Shown: positions 54,740 through 64,000 of the stretch, piece after piece
How the letters are laid out: each line of letters opens with the position of its first letter
Position numbering within the stretch: the first letter of the stretch is position 1
DNA from: Octopus sinensis
Taxonomy: Eukaryota
Direction: 5' to 3'
Length of the DNA: 64,000 nt
Assembly (NCBI RefSeq): GCF_006345805.1
Contig: NC_043004.1
Location: forward strand, 46,004,001-46,068,000
Made by a program: the position numbers and the translations under genes
The notes under the pieces: generated by a model
What the model saw: the letters and a program-made list of their open reading frames with translations, nothing else
Databases searched by the model: none
What the model was told of the DNA's origin: nothing

Positions 54740-56415
54740 GTTAAAATGGTCTCATTAAAGGATAAAATTCCAATGAATTACTTGTGTATTGCGTATGACA
54801 TTTTGTGAGAAGTGATATTCCAAAAATAATAGGTTTAAGCATAAATGTCGGTTTATAAATATTCAAATTAAAAATCAGAAAATGAAGATATAGCATTAAT
54901 ATAATTTCATAAATGCAAAACTTCAACATTATTCCCTTACAGCTGTTTCGATTTTTCCCAAATTAAATTCCAGCAATTAAAACATTTTATTGGGCGAAAT
55001 CTCACCAGCGCAGTAGAAATGACATTCCGTTAAGTTATTAGACGATATTCTTCCAAAAACATCTCAACAGACTGAATATCATTTAATTACTAGTATTGTA
55101 TAAATCTTGGCTAGGGGTAAAGGGTTGTACTAGGGTAATAATTGATAAATAAAGGTTAGATAGTGATTTACACTAAATAATAGAATCATATGAATGACAG
55201 AGTAAGTGAATACTTTTATAATTTGTTTATAAAATTGATGGAATTAATATAAAAAATAGATAAAATATAAAACAATCATAGTCAGAAAGGACCTTCATAT
55301 ACATACAGTGCACACACACACTAACACACAGAGGCACATACACTCATACATATATATATATGTATATACATGCATATATACATACGTATGCACGCGTACA
55401 GATCCATGATATACACTCATAGGTAATAATATATATAAAAAAGTAACAATATATGGATATATATAAAATTACATACACATATACACACATATTTGCACAA
55501 GTAGTGAGTACAAATATGTATGTATAAAGTACTCTCGCGGGGAACAATTTATATGTGCATATATATACACACATACACAGTCATTTATCAACGCGCATAC
55601 TTTAGTATAACTATATAATTAAAAAAAGACAAAACAATTATATGTATCACACACTTTTCTCAATACTTATAGACGTACGTGTTATATGTACACATACATA
55701 CTCATAAATATATACTCATGAATTACAAGTACGGAAACAAAATATACGTACATATATTACCAAAACCTAATTCTTTCAATCCTATCAAACTATTGGTATC
55801 GATCATGTGGAGACAAAACAATTCGATTGGCTAAATATTTTAAAATAGCAAGGGTTCTTTATTATTTAATTAAATAAATAGAACGGAAAATAAAAATACA
55901 TTGTTTATGAGATTGAAAAATCTCCTATGTCACTGAAAAAAGTTACTTACTTATGTGGTGGTCGCTTTTGGCTTCCACATAGGAAAGAATTGAAGTAATA
56001 AGTGAGGGGAGATGAATATTAATTATTATATATATATATATATATTATACATACAAACATACCTACATATATACATACACATATATAAGATATATTTTTC
56101 TCCTCATAAATTATCTTAGGTAAAATTACTGAAGATATGAATAATTGAAATAAATTTATAACTTATCTAAAATTATAGATTATCATGAATAATAAAGTAA
56201 TAAAATAACGCAATATTTAACCAATCAAAAAATGTTTCAGACACCAAATGAATAATATTGCAGACCATACATAAATTGAAACGCAGTAAAATTTACCTTA
56301 TCTACAATATCAGATTATCATGGAAAATGATAATAACAGATAAATTAATATTTAACCATTCAAGAAATTATTTAGACATCGAGGGAATAATATTATTATT
56401 TATGCTCATATGTCA

Positions 56416-56485
<70 letters not shown>

Positions 56486-56930
56486 ATATATATATATATA
56501 TATACCTATACCCGCATAAGTAAAATATACATATACATATGTGTACCCATTTATACACACTGAAATTCAATGTATAATTATATACGCCTATCAAAAGCGT
56601 ACACATGCTAGTTTATACTCATACAAACATAAACATAGTTACCCACATTAACATTTACATAGGCTCATTATATATCAAATGCCCACGAAGATTTGTTTAT
56701 ACTGTGTTGTATTACACGTTCGATGTGCGATATAACGGGATAATAATAATGACCTCGCAAGTCGTTCTACTCACGATAATGATAATAACCTTCGACAATA
56801 CGCAACTCTCGTGTTTCCTCTACTCTGAAGGCTCGCTGAGTATGTCTGTGTATATTGTGGCACAGTCCACGAAACATACTGATATATACATATGCATGTA
56901 CACAAATATATATACATTCACACATGCACA

Positions 56931-56980
<50 letters not shown>

Positions 56981-58926
56981 GTGTGTAAACATTTCAGGGT
57001 ATGTATATACGTATACAACTAGGGACATTTATATATATATATATATAAAGATTTGTCGGTATAATAAAGTAATATTGTAGCATTTAAAAGTATGAAAAAA
57101 TGATTAAATTAAATTATTAATATGCGAAGATACTTATATATACGGGAATATATGTCTGTGTGTGTGTGTGTGTGTGCCTGCGTGGTGGAAAATTAAATAT
57201 ATGCAGAAAGTATATTAATATAATGATATGAGTGCGTATCTTGTGTTAATATATAGTTGATGATTCATCAGTATAGATAATGAAAAGAAAAAGCTATGTG
57301 GAATATATCAGATACAAAACTTAGATATAGAAATTATCAAGTATAGCAATTCAATTCCAGAATATTGGATAATTGAGATAAAAAAAAGGTAGCAATGGTT
57401 AAAAAAATTTTAATAGAAAAATAATCGATATGTGTACAAAAAGATAATCAGTAGAGATTCGCTGTTACAGTGATAGGACTTATGTGTAAGTGAATAAATC
57501 GAGCTAGGTATATATGGTAAATATTTATTAGTTGGGCGGAGTGGGCCGCGCCCATTGTAATATCAAAACAATTGGGAGTAACTTTTCTGGTCCACAATTT
57601 ATTGTCGAAGTTAATTAAAGATCTACGGACTGTATTATGTTGGTTTTTTCATTGTAATGTGTTTTTTTCTAGCAAAAGTAAGTCCACTATTTAATATAGT
57701 AGGGTTGAGAGTAGAATAGTAATTATGTATGTTTTTCTGTAGAAATTTATCTTTTTTCTTTATTTTGAATTTTTGAGAACCAGTTTAGAGTAATATTTTT
57801 TTCTAAGTCTAGGAATATATTTATCTAAAATAATTTTACTTAATCTACCTAGGTTGGACATATTAATCTAACATTAGGGTTATTTAGGATATTATCCTTG
57901 TGGTCTTTTAGCGTAATGCGAGGTCTAATAGGTGTGAAAGGTTCAGTTTTGTCATCACTATTGTAATCCGACATTATTGTTTTAGCATCTAAGTTAATTG
58001 ATCTAAAAATATTATTGCTATTTTACATTTTGTTGTTATTTCTTCTTGAATAAAGTTATGATAGGTTTCGATATTGAGGTTGTATGCATTTCTAGTTTTG
58101 ACGTCTGAATGTACTAAAATTCCATTTTGGGACCTTAGTTCGTATATTATATCCTTAAGTTCCCTCTGGTGTTCGTTTCTTCTTAGCAGGTATTTAGTGA
58201 ATTTTATATTTCTGAGTATAGTTCACAGGTCTTCTTCAAATGTATCTAGATGTTTATTGGGTGGCCGTGTTTCGTTTGTTTTGAAATGTCTTGAAATATT
58301 CTCCTTATCATTGTTGAGATTTATGATTGTGATTACTCTTTTGTATCAAAATGTAAGGCTTCTCATCTGAGTCTGTGGATGAAATGGTTAGTTTTTGAGA
58401 TGAGTTGTTTCATATATACATTTTAGCAGGAATTGGTACTTCTTTTAAAGAGGAGTCCATTTTTACTGTCTTCATTTTACCAATGTAATCCATATTTGCT
58501 TACGTTTATTGCAGTTGTAGTAATAAATAAAGGAATAGTTTATGAATTTAAATAGAGATTAAACTAGCCTCATTAAAGGATAGAAATCGAATGAATTACT
58601 GATTTATTGCCCATAATTTTTTGTGAATAGTAATATTCTTAAAATAATAGGTTTAAGTATAAATATTCAAATGAAAAATGAGAAAATGAAGATGTAGCAT
58701 TAATATAATTTCATAAATGCAAACCTTCAGCATTATTCCCTTACAGCTGTTTCGATTTTGCTTGTGTACGTGTATTTCATGTGTATGTGTTTTTTGTATA
58801 TATGCATATATTGCTACTTATATGTATATCTTTCTCTCTATAAGTGGATATCTTGAATGTGTACACGTGCTTTCGTGTGTATATATGTATGTATATACAT
58901 AAATACATACACACACACACACACAC

Positions 58927-58988
<62 letters not shown>

Positions 58989-59335
58989 TGTGTGTGTGCA
59001 CTATATATATAATAATATGAAGGACCTTTCTGACTATAATTATTTTATAAATTAGTTTACATATAAATCCCATCAATTTTATAAACAAATTATATAAGTA
59101 TTCACTTATTTCGTCTATAATTCATATGATATAATTATTCACTGTAACTCATTATCTAATCTTTATTTATCAATTATTACCCTAATACAACTGATTATCC
59201 CCTATCCAATGTTTATATTAGAAATGAAATGATAGTCAATCGGTTGAGGTGTTTTTGAAGGAATAACATCTAAAAACCTAATGGCATGTCGTTTCTAGTC
59301 CTCTGATGAGATTTTGCCCAATAAAATGTTTTTAT
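54740..59335 (-). mobile_element. Long decayed Penelope-like element with terminal repeats (3' pLTR 54740-55500; 5' partial direct copy plus inverted copy)
   Basis: Minus frames at ~57400-58500: SSLKEVPIP, PPNKHLDTFEEDL*TILRNIKF, SDVKTRNAY, RITLKDHKDN, VRLICPT, FDITMGAAHSAQL. 58565-58760 directly repeats 54745-54955; 58760-59335 is an inverted copy of ~54975-55500. Hammerhead motif at 54934-55012. Confidence 0.85.
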
Positions 59336-59339
59336 CGGT

Positions 59340-59433
59340 CTGTTTAGCGAACCGCTAAGCTAAAGGAACGTAAACACACCAACATCGGTTGTTAGGCGAT
59401 GGTGTGGCACAAACACAGATATGTAAACACACA

Positions 59434-59495
<62 letters not shown>

Positions 59496-59650
59496 CGATG
59501 GGCTTCTTTCAGTTTCCGCCTGCCAAATCCACTCATAAGGATTTGGTTGGTTCGAGTCTGTAGTAAAAGACACTCGCCCAAGGTAGCACGCAGTGGAACT
59601 GGACCCAGAACCACGCAGTTAGTAAGCAAGCTACTTACTACACAGCCACA
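59340..59650 (-). mobile_element. tRNA-derived SINE with an internal (CA)n(TA)n tract
   Basis: Minus head gtggctgtgtagtaagtagcttgcttactaac..ctgggtccagttccactgcgtg; body matches 32345-32460. Confidence 0.85.
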
Positions 59651-59695
59651 CATACACACAGGAACACACACATGCACACACACACACACACACAC

Positions 59696-59748
<53 letters not shown>

Positions 59749-60889
59749 ATATACATATATATGAGCTGCCTTCTCATTCTCTTATTATTCTTTTATTTTA
59801 AACTGGATCCTATCAAAACCGTCCCTATACATTTCTATGCACTTAGTACCTATAGTATTAATTGGAATATTTAAAAAGCAATATACGAGAATAGATTATC
59901 ATACATAAATGAAAATTACAAACACACAAACACCTATATTTATATAATCGATAGTAATGTTAACTTGGTCCTTCATTTTAGTGTTTCCATGTTACTAACT
60001 TAATGCTCAGTATCTCTCCTCCCTGGTTGCCAGTCAATACAGTCCATGTGATTCCACATTTCCACACGCAAAGAAAAAATTATCAACATTTAATTTCACT
60101 TTTATCCTTGTATATTCGTTATTGGATATAAAGGGCTGTATCTCTTTGCGTTTTTGCTACATATACGCGTATCTGCTAGTACATATGAATGGCTTAAACC
60201 GAATGGTCTATTTTCACGATTCGTATGTAGTTATCTCCGTATGTGTGGGCATGATGTCCTTACTTTGTAACTTTTGTTGAAAATGATGGCTTTCTATTTC
60301 AAATAAAATGTCTTCTTCCATCGTTCACAAGCGATAGCAAACATTTTATAATTGCATATATATTGCGCTTTGAGGTACGTTTCAAGTAATATACATGCAC
60401 TGTCAGCTCGTTGTGCGAAAGAAGTTCTTAAATCTATTTGTTACCATTTCTTGCATTTGAATTAAACCTAGATGTAACTATCACTACATATATCAGTTTC
60501 TTTGAGGCAATTTGCGTTTACTAAACATACACGAAGGCAATGGCACTTGTATTTTTATTCGTTCACGGTGCCCGGCATAATAAATATTTCATTTTCTACC
60601 TATTGATTATCGATATTGCAATATTTTGTTGAATCATGACGAATATGCCGAATATAACAAGGGAAAACATAGCCAGTTCGCAGTGAATTTACTTCTAACA
60701 GTAACTTATTTAAAATGGGGGAAAATATTTTCGCAGCATCATTCGCTTTCGTTGTAAGCAATATATACATCCATCCAATGTTGACGTCATAGACGTAGCA
60801 ATGATACTTATAACGAGTGACAGAACAGTGAAAATATCAGTCTGGACATGTATGCATTAGGCTTTAATACTGAAACTCAAGATTCCGTT

Positions 60890-61050
60890 TTCGAGCGTCT
60901 TTCAGTTTCCGTCAACCAAACCTACTCGCAAGACTTTGGTCAACTCCGGGCTATAATAGAATACACTTGTCCAACATGCCACGCAGTGGGATTGAATCTG
61001 GAACTACGAAGTTGGGAAGCATGTTTCTTACAACACAACCACGCCTAGCT
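60890..61050 (-). mobile_element. SINE copy of the same family as 59340-59650
   Basis: ctttcagtttccgtcaaccaaa..gccacgcagtgggattgaa..cacaaccacgcc. Confidence 0.8.
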
Positions 61051-61450
61051 TAACGACTCTGAACAGAGTGAGAAATTTCTGCCTTGCCGTGGTGTAGAGA
61101 ATATTTCTAGATCACTCTACTTTAGGTTATTTTAGGTTAGTAAACATAAAACTATGTATGGCAGCGGGTCTCTCTTGAACCTCGCGAAACACATTCAATC
61201 ATCTAATAAATGTACCTGCTCCCCGTAAATGATTTATTTATACTGGATCCCGCGAAATGAAGTGAGAATCGTACTGCTTCTCACTAAGTATTGTTTCGAT
61301 CAGCTAGATGAAACCGCTGTAAGCTGATGAAATTGGTAATGTAATTCGGGTTCTTTTGTCATTCATTATATCTATCTATCTATCTATCTATCTGTCTGTT
61401 TATCTATCTATCTATCTACCTATCTATCTATCTATCTATCTATCTATCTC

Positions 61451-61502
<52 letters not shown>

Positions 61503-63036
61503 CCTAACTATCTATCTATTTATCTATCTATCTGTTTATCTATCTGTTTGTCTTGCTGTCGGTAAGTCTGTCCACGTGTGTGTACGTCTATGCATGTACG
61601 TATGTATATATGTATGTATGCATGCATGCATGTATGTACGTATGTATATAGAGATATAATACACGGACGGACGGTAGATTGGACATGCGGTTAGTTGTAA
61701 TTTGTACACGTAATAATTAACGCGTTTATGTCATTATAGTTAAATTTAGAGGTTGAAATTGGTGAATGAGTGCTAAATACATGGAATCTCTCTCCACGTC
61801 GTGTGAATATCTTCGAAATATCCTTCTGTCAATTGCTAAACCTCTCAAACTTAATGTGAATATGATATGTAATCACTGTTTCCACATCTATACGCGAATG
61901 AAAATGTATCCTGCATCGAGACTTGATTTAATCGTAGTGCAATTAGGCAACAATAGGCATTATGTTCGGGAGATTACAGCACTTTGTGAAAAATTTCATT
62001 ATATTATAATCACAGGGCAAAATCGATAATAAGATTCCAGATTCTATCACAACCGCCATTTTACTCAATATAAATACAGTGAATGCTTCAAGAACAAAGT
62101 ACAATTTAATTAGGAGTGAAGAATTTATATGTATCAATAAATTTCCTTGTCACTGAATATTGTTCTCATGTGTCTCTTTATCACACTCATGAATTCCATT
62201 TATTTTCTTTACCTTTCCATTCCGTCTGTCCCAACATCACTCCCTTTATATTTCTCTTTATCTATCATCACACCATTTCTCTAGCTTTCTCTAACTTTCT
62301 CTGTATCTCTCTTGTTTCCTTTAGCCCTCACCATCTTCATTACATATATTCCTGTCTTTATCTGTTGTTATATTTCTGTTCTTATGAAATCTATTTATCT
62401 TCCACAATATCCGCTATCGGATAGATTTAAAGCAATGTTAGAAAGTAGGAATTCTGAACATGGCACAGCAGTCTACTTTAACCCTCCTAAGTCAATTCAA
62501 TCTGCAGTTCTAAGGTCTCGCGGACAAACACACACATTCATACGTATATGTATGCATGTATGTATGTCTGTCTGTATGTCTGTATGCATGTATATATATA
62601 TTTATTTATGTATGTATAATAATATTTAAATGTAAGCTTCGAGCATCTAAGTGTACGAAGTTAGTAGGCTTTGAGCAGTTTGTAGAAAATATACAAACCA
62701 ATTTTCAGAGGAGGCAATAGTTACTCAACGAGTACTCCTCGTTGAGTAACTATTTCTTCCGAGGTTCCCCTAGCCTGGAAAAATATGTAGCCTGGGTTTT
62801 ACCTAGTCCATTTCCTCATAGAGCATTAAGAATCATCAATTCTTATTTTGTCAGTGATCGGGTTGCGGTCTCAAAGCGACAAAAATATTTTGGCAAATTA
62901 AAATTAAATGTTGAAGTGCATCCAACGGTTTTTGTGTGCTTTTAAATGGCTTATAAACACATTCCACACTGCAATTATTTCCGTTTCAGCACACGATCTC
63001 AGATCAGGTGACTTATTATGCAAGTACATCTCCGTA

Positions 63037-63113
<77 letters not shown>

Positions 63114-63128
63114 ACACACACACACACA

Positions 63129-63171
<43 letters not shown>

Positions 63172-63174
<3 letters not shown>

Positions 63175-64000
63175 CAGGTTGAGTAAACATTAAGCAACGT
63201 ATTAAATTATGAGGGATTTGTACCAGATTTTAGCAGAGTTCTGAAATTTTTAAGCATTTTTTTGCAATTGTCTGTTAGTAGATATATAGACTCATCCAAT
63301 TCCTCAATAAAGTAGTATTGATGCTTTTCTTTCACCGTTGTTATAATCATCTGGAACAGAATTGTCAGAGCGCGATATTCAAGTAGTTTTGCTTCAAAAA
63401 AGACAAAGCAGCTGAAACCGCTCGCGATATCAACGAAATGTTTGATGAGGAAATGACCAATGAGTGCTAAGCTCGAAAATGGTTTAAACGATATTGCAGA
63501 GGCGACCTGAGCCTCCAAAATCGTTAGACTACTGGTCGCCCATCTGTCATCGATGATGATCAATTAAAGTCCGTCATTGAGAAATGTCCATGTAAAACCA
63601 CTTGAAAACTGGTAAAAGAACTTAGTGAAACAGAAAACTGCCTGTAGCCATTTGCATGCCATCGGAAAATGGAAAAAAGCTCGATACATATGTAACACAC
63701 GATTTGAAGGAAAATCAGAAAATGCACAGATATGTAATTTGCTTGTGGCTTCTTCTCCGTAACAAGACCGATCCATTTCTCGACCGTATTGTAACTTCCG
63801 ATGAAAAGTGGATCTGTACAATAGTAAAAAACTTTTTTAGCAGTTGTTGGACTAAAATGAAGCAGCGAAAACATTCACTAAACCCGAGCTGTTCAAAAAG
63901 AAGGTTATGGCGACTTTTTAGTAGTTTACTGCTGGACTCATCCACTATAATTTCTTAAAACCCGGAAAAGCAATCACTGCAGAAACATATTACCATGAAA
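63172..64000 (+). mobile_element. Mariner element 5' portion (decayed, runs off the window)
   Basis: TA-TCAGGTTGAGTAAACATTAAGCAACG terminus; AAETARDINEMFDEE, YVTHDLKENQKMHRYVIC..PFLDRIVTSDEKWI. Collinear with the 27515-30034 copy. Confidence 0.93.

Overview
This is AT-rich, repeat-dense eukaryotic DNA, most likely cephalopod (Octopus-like SINE families and heavy TA/TAA/CA/TATG/TCTA microsatellite load). I see no intact host gene; most tracked ORFs are translated microsatellites. The window is a layered set of decayed mobile elements: at least five fragments of TAA-associated R4/Dong-type non-LTR retrotransposons, a Tx1/L1 ORF2 remnant, a CR1/L2-like 3' end, four mariner copies, Penelope-like elements (PLEs; RT and GIY-YIG), many tRNA-derived SINEs and a Helentron/HINE-like element. 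Host-derived remnants are a RING-H2 (DZIP3/TTC3-like) pseudogene fragment and a possible decayed WSC/C-type-lectin gene. Signals not shown by the ORF track: (i) about eight minimal hammerhead-ribozyme motifs in unrelated repeats; (ii) a composite short element made of a Pol III tRNA head, an (AAT)n spacer and a hammerhead-bearing tail, a candidate ribozyme-carrying, PLE-mobilised SINE (two copies); (iii) an ORF1-only poly(A)-ended retroelement nested in a mariner; (iv) a 13-unit array of a conserved ~90-110 bp Asp-rich-coding unit separated by variable (TATG)n. All family assignments are from motif recognition by eye, with no database search.
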